Assembly: GCA_038322035.1 (NCBI GenBank) | Contig: JBBQFO010000001.1 | Coordinates: 17,366-81,365, forward strand | Length of the DNA stretch: 64,000 nt | Direction: 5' to 3' | Origin: Candidatus Obscuribacterales bacterium | GTDB lineage: Bacteria; Cyanobacteriota; Vampirovibrionia; Obscuribacterales; Obscuribacteraceae | Shown here: positions 20,767-30,492 of the stretch, one piece after another | How the letters are laid out: every line of letters begins with the position of its first letter | How positions within the stretch are numbered: position 1 is the first letter of the stretch | Translations under genes and position numbers: made by a program | Notes under the pieces: model-generated | Told to the model about the DNA's origin: nothing | What the model saw: the letters and a program-made list of their open reading frames with translations, nothing else | The model's database searches: none

Positions 20767-21738
20767 ATGAGATTGGTGCACCCTGAAATCGGGGGTCTCC
20801 TTCTGTTTGTTCTAGGCCTGACGTGGCTAGTGAGCAGACGCCGTGTAACCACGTTGGGACATTCTGAATTGGGCATACACACGAAGTTGTTTATGCCGTT
20901 TGCCGGACGTTTGTCAACCGTTTGCTTCGCAGGCATGTGGTTGATGTTAGCGGTGGCGTTATGTCAACCAGAGCTAATCACACCTGCTGAGACGCAACCT
21001 GTTCTGGCGCGTAACATCGTCATTACTGTCGATAACTCCGGCTCAATGCTGGAATTTATTTCGACGACGTCGGTTCCGCTTGGTAATAGCTATCCGAGTG
21101 CTAAGTCTTCAGAGTCGAAGTCGGATGCAGCCAAAGCCGGAGTCAAGTATTTCATCGAGCAGCGTCCGGATGATCGCATCGCTCTCTTGACTTTCGGCGA
21201 TCAGGTTTTTTACGTCTGGCCACTGACGACCGATCACGCCTATCTTTTGGGATTGCTTGACGTAATCAAAGGAGATGGTACCCAAGGTACCAACTTTGCT
21301 GGTCCAATCGGATTGTCGAAGATTGGTGCCATCGAAGGATCGATCATTCACCTCCGTGAAACTGACACGCTTGCCGGCAAAGTAGTGATCATCGTCACCG
21401 ATGGAGAAGATTCGATCCCGCAAGAACGGCGCATCGAATTGGAGAACGAACTGGTTCACGAAAACATTTCGTTGTACGTGCTTGGTGTTGGCTGGGATGT
21501 GACTCGGCCTCACGATCTGGCGACGCTAGTCAAAGACATTGGCGGCAAGGTGATTCTGGTCGATGATGCGCCGGCAATGATGGACGCTTTTGCTCAAATA
21601 GACAAAATCGAGAAGGGCGTCACCTATGTCGACGGCGGACAAATTCACCATGATTTTTACCAGTGGTTTGTCTACGCAGCGATCGCGTTGTTGGGTGGAT
21701 ACCTTCTGTCCGTCACTTTCACCCACGAGGACACATAG
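20767..21738 (+). CDS. Membrane-anchored vWA domain protein (BatA-like)
   Basis: ATG at 20767 with GGAGG 5 nt upstream. Two N-terminal TM helices, MIDAS 'VITVDNSGSM', 'VTDGEDS', and a C-terminal TM. Confidence 0.8.
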   Translation: MRLVHPEIGGLLLFVLGLTWLVSRRRVTTLGHSELGIHTKLFMPFAGRLSTVCFAGMWLMLAVALCQPELITPAETQPVLARNIVITVDNSGSMLEFISTTSVPLGNSYPSAKSSESKSDAAKAGVKYFIEQRPDDRIALLTFGDQVFYVWPLTTDHAYLLGLLDVIKGDGTQGTNFAGPIGLSKIGAIEGSIIHLRETDTLAGKVVIIVTDGEDSIPQERRIELENELVHENISLYVLGVGWDVTRPHDLATLVKDIGGKVILVDDAPAMMDAFAQIDKIEKGVTYVDGGQIHHDFYQWFVYAAIALLGGYLLSVTFTHEDT

Positions 21739-21753
21739 AGAGGAGAGGCGGGA

Positions 21754-22398
21754 ATGAACGCGTATAAGCGTGTGCTCGGGCGCAAGCGCACCAAGTGGGT
21801 GCTGCTTTCGCTGATACTTGGGTTTCTGTTATTGAGATTCGCCATCCAGCTAGACCGCTGGTCTAATGACCAGGCGTTTTTCTACAACGAAGCTATGGTT
21901 GCTTATCAACACGGTGATATGGAACAAGCGGTTCAGCTTTTTGGTAAGTCTCAATCGGCCTATCAAGATGCCAGGCATCGGCAAAAGGACTGGCTCAGCC
22001 AGTTAATTTATCCCATGCCTGATTCTGGGCTTGCCGCTCAGGCAAGCTTTCAAATGGCTAAAATCTTTCTTCAGTCTGGAGAGATACCACGGGCGGTGCA
22101 AGCGTTCAATCAGTCGCTGCAATTCAATCCCGGAAATGGTTACGACTCTCTTGACCCACAAAAAGCAGAACAGCTGCATCAGGCAGCCATGATCGTGAAA
22201 TACGATCTTGAGCAGCTGTACAAACAAAACCAGAGTCAGATGCAGCAGCCATCAGAAGGGAACGGCCCGCCCGCCGATGGCGATCCACAATCGTCAGGTC
22301 GTGATCCATCGAACAATCCCGGGCAGCCGAATTCGTCTGGCGCACCTGGGCAGCCAGGTGGCTCCAGTTCTGGTGATAACCAGGGCGGCGACATGTAG
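21754..22398 (+). CDS. Membrane-anchored TPR protein (BatC-like) with Gly/Pro/Ser-rich tail
   Basis: TM 'WVLLSLILGFLLLRFAI'. TPR-like 'AMVAYQHGDMEQAVQLFGKS' and 'AKIFLQSGEIPRAVQAFNQSLQFNPGN'. Confidence 0.7.
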   Translation: MNAYKRVLGRKRTKWVLLSLILGFLLLRFAIQLDRWSNDQAFFYNEAMVAYQHGDMEQAVQLFGKSQSAYQDARHRQKDWLSQLIYPMPDSGLAAQASFQMAKIFLQSGEIPRAVQAFNQSLQFNPGNGYDSLDPQKAEQLHQAAMIVKYDLEQLYKQNQSQMQQPSEGNGPPADGDPQSSGRDPSNNPGQPNSSGAPGQPGGSSSGDNQGGDM

Positions 22399-22413
22399 AA
22401 GGAGGAACATCGA

Positions 22414-23493
22414 ATGGAAGCACTAATCTTTCTTAGACCCGCTGTGACGATCATTGGCTTGCCATTGATACTGATTACGGTGGCTCTTTACTATCTGAAC
22501 TATCGCTCGCGGCTGAAAGCTCGTAGCCGATATGGTCAAGGAAAGCTGATCGATAGGTTCTCGCGTCCGATTTCGATCAAGCAAGAGCGGCTTTTGGCGC
22601 TCGCATGGGTGTCGGTCATGGCACTGTTTGTAATGGCAGCCGCCGGCCCGAGCCTTCCCGATGCTCCTGTGCGTGCTGATAGCGGTGCCCTGCAGATAGT
22701 TGTCGTCAGCGACGTTTCCAACAGTATGCGAGCTGAAGACTATCGTTCTCAGATGCCGTTCAAAGATGGACTGCCACCAAATCTGGTGACAGAAGCTTAC
22801 GGCTCGCGTCTCGATATGGTCAAATCTGTAATCATTAACCAGATTATGCCTGCGGTGGCAGGCAACAAGATGGGCATCGCCACCTACAAGGGGCAGGGAT
22901 TTCAGCAGGCTGATCTAACCAGTGATTTCATCGCCCTGCAATGGATCATGAATCACTGGTTCAGTGTAGGTGATGCTCCTGGTGAGGGGTCAAACGTGGC
23001 GGCGGGACTGTCGACGGCGCTCACCATTTTTGACAAGGAGAAAACGTCGGGGCAAGAGCGAGTGATCGTGCTCTTTTCAGACGGAGGTTTCACGGATGAC
23101 AGGCAGGCCATTGCTGACGTAGTAGACAAAATTCGCCAGCAAGGCATTCGTGTCGTCATCGTTGGTGTCGGCTCGGAGCAGCCTCAGGAAGTTCCATTTT
23201 GGGCAGATGGTAAGCCCAATTTTGCAGTCGATAAAGATGGCAAGGTGATAACTGTTGCTATCAATGAGTTGGCTCTTCATGAGCTGGTCAGTGCAGTGAA
23301 CGGTCAATATGTCCATATCACAGGTGGACTGCTCGATGCGAATTGGGCTGTTCAATTGGCGGGTTCGCAGACAGTGCAGAAAACCGCAGACATATTCTAC
23401 ATTCCGCTGGCACTGGCTCTCTTGATTCTTACCATGATTAGGGTGCGAGGGCTGGCAATCAGCCGTCGCACTTTCGCCACCTTCGCTCGCTAG
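22414..23493 (+). CDS. Membrane-anchored vWA domain protein (BatB-like)
   Basis: AAGGAGGA RBS. N-terminal TMs, MIDAS 'VVVSDVSNSM', 'LFSDGGFTDD', and a C-terminal TM. Confidence 0.8.
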   Translation: MEALIFLRPAVTIIGLPLILITVALYYLNYRSRLKARSRYGQGKLIDRFSRPISIKQERLLALAWVSVMALFVMAAAGPSLPDAPVRADSGALQIVVVSDVSNSMRAEDYRSQMPFKDGLPPNLVTEAYGSRLDMVKSVIINQIMPAVAGNKMGIATYKGQGFQQADLTSDFIALQWIMNHWFSVGDAPGEGSNVAAGLSTALTIFDKEKTSGQERVIVLFSDGGFTDDRQAIADVVDKIRQQGIRVVIVGVGSEQPQEVPFWADGKPNFAVDKDGKVITVAINELALHELVSAVNGQYVHITGGLLDANWAVQLAGSQTVQKTADIFYIPLALALLILTMIRVRGLAISRRTFATFAR

Positions 23494-23563
23494 CTCATAA
23501 AGTCGGCGATCGAACTATTCAAAAAAAGTGGTCCAGTTAAGCAACTGGCCGTAAGGAGATAAA

Positions 23564-24577
23564 ATGGGTACCATGTATGCAGTGCAAAGGGACCAAGTGT
23601 CCAGGCTCTTGCAACAGACCGGCGTAGTTAAGGGACAAGAGCAGGGCAAAGAGGCTATCCTTGCCACCATATTGGCGCGAGGACACGGTTATCTTTTAGC
23701 ACCTCCCGGTCTTGCCAAGACAACGCTCGTCAAAGTTCTGCAACGGGCGATCAAAGGCTCTGTGTCGCGTCGTCTTCAAATGACGGCAGACGTGCGTCCG
23801 CGCGATATCATCGGTCACCGCGAATTTGACCTGTCTACGCAGCAGTATGTTTTTCACCCCGGACCGTTGGTTGGTGCGAACATCGTTCTGGTCGACGAAA
23901 TTTCACGCGCTCTTGGCTTGACACATGCAGCTTTGCTGGAAGCCATGCAGGAAGGTACCATTACTCACGTCGATCAGTTAGGAGCGATTGATCTACCACC
24001 TTTCTTCACGGTTCTGGCAACCGGCAATCCTCTCGAAAATGAGGGTGTAAATCCGCTGCCGGAAGCGTTGAAAGATCGGTTCATGACACAAATCACAATG
24101 GGCTATGGTTCGCGTGAAGACGAGCTGGCGATGCTATCTGATCTCGATGCTGTCTTCAATCCCACGATGGGTGTGCTGGAAGTGATGAGTGTTGACGATG
24201 TATTAGTGGCTCAACAGGTCGTTCTCAACATCGCTAAGAATGTCAGCGCCCAGGCAATGGGTTATGTAGTTGATGTGAACCGAGCTGCTCGCCCCGGCAC
24301 AGAATTTTTCAAAATGGTGCACGGAGACGATGCTAAACGGATCAGCGACTACGTGGCAGTCGGTCCTTCTCCACGTGGTGAAATCGCTACGCTGCTAATT
24401 GCGGCCGCGTTGGTTTTGATTCGCGGTGACGAATACATCGAGCCGCACCATATCAAAGATGCTTTCCGATACACGCTGCCCGTGCGCGTAATCATGCGTC
24501 CGGAAGCTGCTATTGATGACTTCACCACGAGTGATTTGGTCAACATCACGCTCGACCGCGTCAAGGTCATCGCCTGA
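23564..24577 (+). CDS. MoxR-type AAA+ ATPase
   Basis: Walker A 'APPGLAKTT', Walker B 'IVLVDEISRA', sensor region 'VLATGNPLE'. AAGGAG RBS. Confidence 0.85.
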   Translation: MGTMYAVQRDQVSRLLQQTGVVKGQEQGKEAILATILARGHGYLLAPPGLAKTTLVKVLQRAIKGSVSRRLQMTADVRPRDIIGHREFDLSTQQYVFHPGPLVGANIVLVDEISRALGLTHAALLEAMQEGTITHVDQLGAIDLPPFFTVLATGNPLENEGVNPLPEALKDRFMTQITMGYGSREDELAMLSDLDAVFNPTMGVLEVMSVDDVLVAQQVVLNIAKNVSAQAMGYVVDVNRAARPGTEFFKMVHGDDAKRISDYVAVGPSPRGEIATLLIAAALVLIRGDEYIEPHHIKDAFRYTLPVRVIMRPEAAIDDFTTSDLVNITLDRVKVIA

Positions 24578-24666
24578 GCGCCCACATCTTAGACGGCAGA
24601 AGGCTGGCTTCGCCAGCTCTTCTGTCTAAGAGCAGGCACTACAGGTGACACTAGGAGAGAACAAAC

Positions 24667-25593
24667 ATGAACCAAGAAAACCGCGACGTTATAAGAGAGA
24701 TTCGTCGTCGCATTGTCACATATCCGATTGTGACGCGATGGCGTTCCTCAGATCCCGCTTCCGGGAATCGAAAGGGCGCACTCAAGGACATGGGTGGCTT
24801 CGAATTCGTCGGACAGAGCCCCTTTGTCCCGGGCGACAATTATCGCGATGTTGACTGGGTAACTTCGCTGCCCGGCACTGAACTTGTGGTCAACCGGTAT
24901 CGCGATTTCCATCCGATGAAGTTATTTGTCCTCGCTTACGTTGGGTCTGGAATGTCTTTTGGTACTCAACGTGTTACGAAGAAGGAACTGGCCGCAGAAG
25001 TGGCCGGTTCTGCAATCACCTCAGTCTTCAGAACACAAGACTCGGCCGCCGTGATCGCATACAACGATCACGACGTAGTTCACTACACCAAACCCGGCAA
25101 TCCGCGCAATGCGCTGGTAACGGGGCTGAACGGCATTATCAATTCGCCCGTCGATGGACCGCATAACGAAGGCAGCGGCTTGGTGAAAGCAATTTCCTGC
25201 TTGCCGCAAAATGAGAGGTGTCTTGTGTTTTTGATCATGAGTTATAAAGAACTCGAAGATCAAGAACGGCGGGCTTTGAAGTTTGCAATTGGCCGCCATG
25301 ATGTGCGTTGCGTGCTTGTGCAGGACCTGCGAGAAAGAGAGTTGCCGCAGGGGAGAGGGATCTATACGCTGGAGAGCATTGCCACCGGCGAGCGCCGCAT
25401 GATTTGGCTCAGCGACAAGGCGCGAGCGCAATTCGCCGGGGAAGCCGCTCGTCACCATGCCGTGCTCACTGACTTTCTCGAAAAGGCTGGTGCGATCACA
25501 ACTATCCTCAGTACTGAGATGGACCGGCCCGCAGCGACTAAAACGCTCAGGCGGCTCTTTGGCGAAATTCGCCGAGAACGGAGCACCGTATGA
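24667..25593 (+). CDS. DUF58 (vWA-like, MoxR-associated) protein
   Basis: DUF58 core 'FVPGDNYRDVDW'. The position immediately after MoxR is the classic arrangement. Confidence 0.75.
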   Translation: MNQENRDVIREIRRRIVTYPIVTRWRSSDPASGNRKGALKDMGGFEFVGQSPFVPGDNYRDVDWVTSLPGTELVVNRYRDFHPMKLFVLAYVGSGMSFGTQRVTKKELAAEVAGSAITSVFRTQDSAAVIAYNDHDVVHYTKPGNPRNALVTGLNGIINSPVDGPHNEGSGLVKAISCLPQNERCLVFLIMSYKELEDQERRALKFAIGRHDVRCVLVQDLRERELPQGRGIYTLESIATGERRMIWLSDKARAQFAGEAARHHAVLTDFLEKAGAITTILSTEMDRPAATKTLRRLFGEIRRERSTV

Positions 25594-26804
25594 CTTTCCA
25601 ACATAAATTCAGATTTCTATGGGTGCCTCTTGTTTCGCTGCTGATGGCGGCGATGATTGTGGCTCCTTCGGCCCTCGCTGGTGCGAATTTAGCAACAGTA
25701 AGCCCCGCAACAAGAGCGACTTTAGCAGCAACTTCTAGCGCCTCACCGACATCAAGTGCGACTGCTTCCACCGTAGCCACCACTACGCCGACTGCCACCA
25801 CTGTGCCGGGTGCCACCGCTACGCCGAGTGCCACCATGGACGTAAATGGGGAAGATGTTTGTAGCACCGTTGTGCTCGGCAAACGAGGCGTAGTGCCCAA
25901 TCCGACTCCGTCGACGCCAGTGCAGTCGGCAGCCAAGGTCTGCGATGGTGGGAATATCGAAGTTGAAGTCTCCAGTTCAAGTCGGTTCGGTAATCGCATC
26001 GGCGACGTGATCAATGTGGACGTCAAAATAACGGTTGACCCCGAAATTCTGCTTGATTTCACCTCGCTATCACAAGGGGTGCTCAAACTTCAGGCAAAAT
26101 CTCAACTCACTCTCGCGCTTGAGAATCCGGTCACTATCGTTGGTCCGGAGCTCAAAGACGGGAAAAACGTTTATCACATTCAGGTCCGAGTGCAAAATAT
26201 GTTGCCGGTGCCAGCTTCGTTCAGCCTTGACCTTCGCTACAGGATCGGCTCGGACTCCTCAGGCTGGAAGGTTCTGACGACACCAGACTATCTCTTGACC
26301 AACTCGATTACGGTTGACAGTGGTGCCAATATGTTGGACGGCGATCTGAGCACAGTGCCTGTGAATCAGCCATGGCCGCTGAAGCCCTTGCTTTTCGCTG
26401 TGTTTTTACTGATCGCCTTGCCGTTGGCAAATGAAATTCGCATCTGGGCTATTCGTCAGCGTCCTGGCTATGTGCCGACCGCGACCGAAGCGGCTTGGCG
26501 CATGCTCAATCCGGTCTTGAACAATAGCCAACCTGGATTCACCATCGGGCACGCCCAAATCATCGAGCTGGCTTTACGCAGGTATCTGGTGCAGGACTAC
26601 CCTGCTATGCCTTCGATGACGCGGCAGGAGGTCGCCGCACGCATGGCTCAGGATGCGAGGAGCGAGAAGGTTATCAGAGTATTGTCTCTCTGTGATCATG
26701 TTTTGTATCAGGTCAACTCTGAAGGAACACTGATCGTCATCGCAGGCGATGATGCTGATGAGTTGAAAACTCTCCTCAAGCAACTGATCCCGGAAGAAGG
26801 ATGA
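25590..26804 (+). CDS. Secreted/membrane protein, BatD-like by position and topology
   Basis: The ATGA overlap with the DUF58 gene indicates translational coupling. Signal peptide, Thr/Ser/Ala-rich linker, beta-rich region, one late TM 'LLFAVFLLIALPLA', and a cytosolic tail. Confidence 0.6.
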   Translation: MTFQHKFRFLWVPLVSLLMAAMIVAPSALAGANLATVSPATRATLAATSSASPTSSATASTVATTTPTATTVPGATATPSATMDVNGEDVCSTVVLGKRGVVPNPTPSTPVQSAAKVCDGGNIEVEVSSSSRFGNRIGDVINVDVKITVDPEILLDFTSLSQGVLKLQAKSQLTLALENPVTIVGPELKDGKNVYHIQVRVQNMLPVPASFSLDLRYRIGSDSSGWKVLTTPDYLLTNSITVDSGANMLDGDLSTVPVNQPWPLKPLLFAVFLLIALPLANEIRIWAIRQRPGYVPTATEAAWRMLNPVLNNSQPGFTIGHAQIIELALRRYLVQDYPAMPSMTRQEVAARMAQDARSEKVIRVLSLCDHVLYQVNSEGTLIVIAGDDADELKTLLKQLIPEEG

Positions 26805-27151
26805 ACGCTCCGTGAATGTGCCGCTTCCCTTAAGTAAAGGAGGCGGCATTCCCGGAATTGCCATAATAGGCTTCTCTCCTAACTCATTTTTTCGTTTCTA
26901 TTATTATTGCCTTTAAAAGTTGTTTTAAGTAATAATAATACAAGCGAAACCCCGTGACGTTCTTGTGCGGTTCGCACGAGCCGCGCAAAGGTCGCGTGAT
27001 TAATTTCGTCTGGGCTCTGCACCATGGACGGATCAACACACTTGCTGCAATATCTGAGACAAGCAAGGAAATCTGTTGGTTTGCGCTTTTTTTCAGCGTT
27101 GACAGCAAGCTTTGCGGTGATGCCACCACTTGTGCCAACGAGGACTTATAT

Positions 27152-28411
27152 ATGTCGGGTATTTTTTCCGCTTTCCAAACTTGGTCTAGAAGCGACTTTC
27201 AGAGCGATGATAATCGGCACACACCTGTGCCGGAAACGAATTTCAACTACGGCTCTTTAAATCCTATAGAGCCGAAGACGGCGAATGATGCTTCGCTGTT
27301 TTCTATTGGTAATTTGGGTTTTGAAAGCAGAACGTCGATGGCATCAGATGATTCACTCTATTCCCTGAATGGACAAGATTCGTCAAGCAGTAAGAACTAC
27401 GATCGATCGATCATGCTAGATAGATCATTGCCTGTTCTGGTGACAAACGGAATGAATATGCGCGATCTATGCAGCGCCATTTACGGTGGGCACTTCCCTC
27501 TAGCGGCAATTTGTGAACTGAACGGTTTAAGTCCAGACATCGTCTCGGTTGACTCGGGCGAGCAAATTATAGAGCCCGCTTTTAGTACGGGCCGAGCGTA
27601 TAGGTTACCTGCATCTACGGATATTGAGAAGCTCACCGAAATGTTTTGGAAGCGCATGGTCTGTGGCTACGATGACGAGAAGGATTATATTGATATTCCG
27701 CTCATGCCTGTCGATCTGAAGCCACCTATCTGCCAGATCCCGGAGAAGCCACCAACGTGTCCGCCGCGGGAGAAGCCACCAACTTGTCCGCCACCGGAGA
27801 AGCCACCAACTTGTCCGCCGCCGGAGAAGCCACCAACTTGTCCGCCACCGGAGAAGCCACCAACTTGTCCGCCGCCGGAGAAACCACCAACTTGTCCGCC
27901 ACCGGAAAAGCCACCAACTTGTCCGCCACCGGAGAAGCCACCAACCTGTCCGCCACCGGAGAAGCCACCAACCTGTCCGCCACCGGAGAAGCCGCCAGAG
28001 CGTCCATCACCAGACAAACCTCCTGAGAAACCACCTGTGTGCTTTCCACCCGGGGGACAGAAGGGCCCGCCACCTAAAAAGGATGAGCCTAAATCAGGCG
28101 ATGGTCCGAAGGAGCCAGAAAACAAGGACAAACTTAAATCAGGCGAGCAACCAAAGAAACCAGAACACAAGGATAAGCCTAAACCAGCCGATCCAGCAAA
28201 GGAGCCAGAACACAAAGAGCAGCCTAAACAGGCAGATCCACCAAAGGCTTCCGAACCAAAAGCGCCCGAAACAAAAGCGCCCGAGCAGAAGAAGCCAGAA
28301 CAGAAGGAGTCCGAACGCAAGGAGCCGGAACACAAGGAGCAATCTAAACCGGCAGATCCTCCCAAAGAGGAGCATCACGACAAGCCTTGGTCTGAAAGTA
28401 AAAAGGGCTGA
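27152..28411 (+). CDS. Repeat protein: possible LysM-like segment, 9x PEKPPTCPP repeats, K/E/P-rich disordered tail
   Basis: Start moved to ATG 27152 ('MSGIFSAFQ'). 'MRDLCSAIYGGHFPLAAICELNGL...GEQIIEP' is LysM-like (uncertain). Tandem repeats span 27740-27982. The tail is 'KEPEHKDKPKPADP...'. Confidence 0.65.
   Translation: MSGIFSAFQTWSRSDFQSDDNRHTPVPETNFNYGSLNPIEPKTANDASLFSIGNLGFESRTSMASDDSLYSLNGQDSSSSKNYDRSIMLDRSLPVLVTNGMNMRDLCSAIYGGHFPLAAICELNGLSPDIVSVDSGEQIIEPAFSTGRAYRLPASTDIEKLTEMFWKRMVCGYDDEKDYIDIPLMPVDLKPPICQIPEKPPTCPPREKPPTCPPPEKPPTCPPPEKPPTCPPPEKPPTCPPPEKPPTCPPPEKPPTCPPPEKPPTCPPPEKPPTCPPPEKPPERPSPDKPPEKPPVCFPPGGQKGPPPKKDEPKSGDGPKEPENKDKLKSGEQPKKPEHKDKPKPADPAKEPEHKEQPKQADPPKASEPKAPETKAPEQKKPEQKESERKEPEHKEQSKPADPPKEEHHDKPWSESKKG
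27740..28051 (+). repeat. In-frame 27-bp tandem repeat array (9 near-identical units plus about 2.5 degenerate units)
   Basis: Unit ccggagaagccaccaacttgtccgccR repeated head-to-tail from 27740 to 27982. Differences between units are almost all synonymous third-position changes (cca/ccg, gag/gaa, aag/aaa, act/acc/acg). Degenerate units follow to 28051. Confidence 0.95.
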
Positions 28412-28471
28412 ATCACGTAGATTAGCTACTAAAGCCAACCCAAAAGTCAGACGGCAAGAAATTGCGACCGG

Positions 28472-29152
28472 CTAATCGTCGGTAATTTCAAGCTTATAAC
28501 CAACTCCATGAACGGTTTGAAGCATTGATTTCTTGCCTTCAACGTCGAGTTGTTTTCGTAACCGCTTGATGTAGGTGCGTATTACTTCTGGCGACGCTTC
28601 TGATTCCGAATTCCAGACGCGTTCGATCAGCGCTTCGGAACTAAAAACTTTGTTTTGATGCTTGAGGAGGAATTCCAGCAAGGCGAATTCTTTGGGTAGA
28701 AGTTGAAGCTCTGCCCCGTTAAATAATACTTTGCGGGTGCTGCTATCAAGTTCTAGGGGACCTGCTTGAAGCACTGAGCCGCTGAAAATTTGCGGTCTGC
28801 GCAAAAGTGCCCGGATGCGCGCAGAAAGTTCTTTCATATCAAATGGTTTGGTCAGATAGTCATCAGAGCCGGCGTCAAGACCGGCTTCTTTTTCGTTAAT
28901 CATGGTCTTGGCAGTTAAGAACAAAATTGGAGTTGTACCGCCTCTCGCCCGATATTCACGACAAACGTCCAGTCCTGTCAATCCTGGCAGAATCCAATCC
29001 AGAATTACCACGTCATATTTATAGAACTTCAGCCTATCGACCGCGTCCTCGCCATTACTAACTACTTCGACTACATGTTTTTCAGTCTTAAGCCACTCGT
29101 GAATGAGTTGAGAAAGGTCTATTTCGTCTTCTACTAGCAGTATTTTTGCCAT
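28472..29152 (-). CDS. OmpR-family response regulator (REC + winged helix)
   Basis: 'ILLVEDE', acceptor 'VVILDWILPGLTG', 'LTKPF', and wHTH 'LLPKEFALLEFL...VHGVGYKLE'. Confidence 0.9.
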   Translation of the reverse strand: MAKILLVEDEIDLSQLIHEWLKTEKHVVEVVSNGEDAVDRLKFYKYDVVILDWILPGLTGLDVCREYRARGGTTPILFLTAKTMINEKEAGLDAGSDDYLTKPFDMKELSARIRALLRRPQIFSGSVLQAGPLELDSSTRKVLFNGAELQLLPKEFALLEFLLKHQNKVFSSEALIERVWNSESEASPEVIRTYIKRLRKQLDVEGKKSMLQTVHGVGYKLEITDD

Positions 29153-29176
29153 TGGTCTCTTCCATCCTGTCCAACA

Positions 29177-29587
29177 TCAAAACGACTTGGGTTCGTGGGG
29201 GCTCCTTGCTGATTGCCCTTTAAAAGCATTTAGAATCTCAGTGATTTGTGCCCCAAGCGTAGTCGGTTCGAACGGTTTCTGCATAACCGCCAGCGCTCCT
29301 AACCCCATTAGTCTGTCAATCTCTGATGGAATATTTTTTACCGTCAGGAATATCACAGGAATAGAGGCTGTTTGAGGATTTTCTTGGAGCTTTTGAATGG
29401 TCTCAGCGCCATCCATTTCGGGCATCATTAAGTCGAGAAGAATGACGTCAGGAGGATTAGAGGCTGCCAGTTTGAGCCCCTCGCTTCCGCTTGAGGCTGT
29501 CAGTACCTCGGCGTTATCAAGAAGCCCTAGGCACATGCTGGCAATATCGCGCACATCGTCTTCATCATCAACAATCAATACTTTCAT
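29177..29587 (-). CDS. Single-domain (CheY-like) response regulator
   Basis: 'MKVLIVDDEDD', acceptor 'VILLDLMMPEMDG', 'MQKPF'. The ORF-track start at 29623 adds 12 aa; which start is used is uncertain. Confidence 0.8.
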   Translation of the reverse strand: MKVLIVDDEDDVRDIASMCLGLLDNAEVLTASSGSEGLKLAASNPPDVILLDLMMPEMDGAETIQKLQENPQTASIPVIFLTVKNIPSEIDRLMGLGALAVMQKPFEPTTLGAQITEILNAFKGQSARSPHEPKSF

Positions 29588-29863
29588 GAAATTGCCATTT
29601 TTAGCGAAGGGCGATTTTAACATCTTCCCACGAAACTTGCACGAACAGACGAAGGCCAGAGCAATTATCCTCCTCTATCGAATCACGCATTCTGATCGGT
29701 CTTCTGGAAAAAAAGACCAGTCTTTTTTGTTAGCCGGATTTTTTGTTTTGGGGATGCCACTGAATCAAGTGCTTTTATTTCTTACACGTTTATTCCATGG
29801 CGCTGCTCTAGCATCCGAATATTCAGTTGACTGGTAGTTTGCTTTGAAGAGCGGGAGGTTTAC

Positions 29864-30196
29864 ATGCAGTCTTATACCGAAGTGAATAATAAGATCCTCT
29901 TAAATGCGGTTGAGAACCCTGATAAATTAAGGTCCCCGGCAAGAGACGTGACTCAAATCTTGGCATTATCTGCGCTGGTAACTGCTCTTGCTTTTCAAAC
30001 AGTGAAAGTCTTTGGTCTAGCCTATGGTATTGACGAACATGTTCGCTTAACTTTGTCGTATCTAGGGCTTGGCATGTGTTTGGTAGCGGCACCAACATTT
30101 TTGATTTTCGGTCGCCACATGTCGGCGAGGACTGGATTTACTGTCGCCGCTTTGTTTATCTTTTCGGTAACGCTTGTGGCATCAATGGTGGTGTGA
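29864..30196 (+). CDS. Small integral membrane protein (hypothetical)
   Basis: Three hydrophobic helices ('ILALSALVTALAF', 'LGLGMCLVAAPTFLIF', 'VAALFIFSVTLVASMVV'). Followed by a terminator at 30332. Confidence 0.5.
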   Translation: MQSYTEVNNKILLNAVENPDKLRSPARDVTQILALSALVTALAFQTVKVFGLAYGIDEHVRLTLSYLGLGMCLVAAPTFLIFGRHMSARTGFTVAALFIFSVTLVASMVV

Positions 30197-30331
30197 CCAA
30201 TTTATTCGTTTGGAACTAAGCTCCTCTCAGAAATCCGACAAATTCTACGACTTTTCCATCTTTGAGGCATAGAATTCAAACAGTCAAACCAATTGCTACC
30301 GTATTCGGTGCGACAAACTTTAGGGGTAGAG

Positions 30332-30368
30332 GACGAACTCATTCGAATGGGTTCGTTTCTCATTTGCA
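30332..30368 (+). terminator. Rho-independent terminator
   Basis: Extended hairpin GACGAACTCATTCGAATGGGTTCGT followed by TTCTCATTTGC. Confidence 0.6.
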
Positions 30369-30492
30369 AGCATTTGAAATATAGCTTTGCTAGCCGCGCA
30401 AACTAGTTAACGTGAATCATTTGTTAGATCGAGTTAGCAGTCAAATTTATTTCCAGACACTAAAATCAACTACGTGAGATGGAGTTGTTAGT

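Noticed and set aside
27740-27982. Possible CRISPR array, because of regularly repeated 27-bp units.
   Set aside because: Units abut directly with no spacers. They are in frame within a CDS, and no cas genes or leader are present.
27685-28365. Long ORFs on other frames/strands across the repeat array (27685..28365 -, 27726..28073 -, 27757..28026 +) encoding 'GGQVGGFSG' or 'ATGEATNLS' repeats.
   Set aside because: They are artefacts of the 27-bp periodicity, because any frame stays open through a stop-free repeat. Only the + frame starting at 27152 continues into non-repetitive protein-like sequence on both sides.
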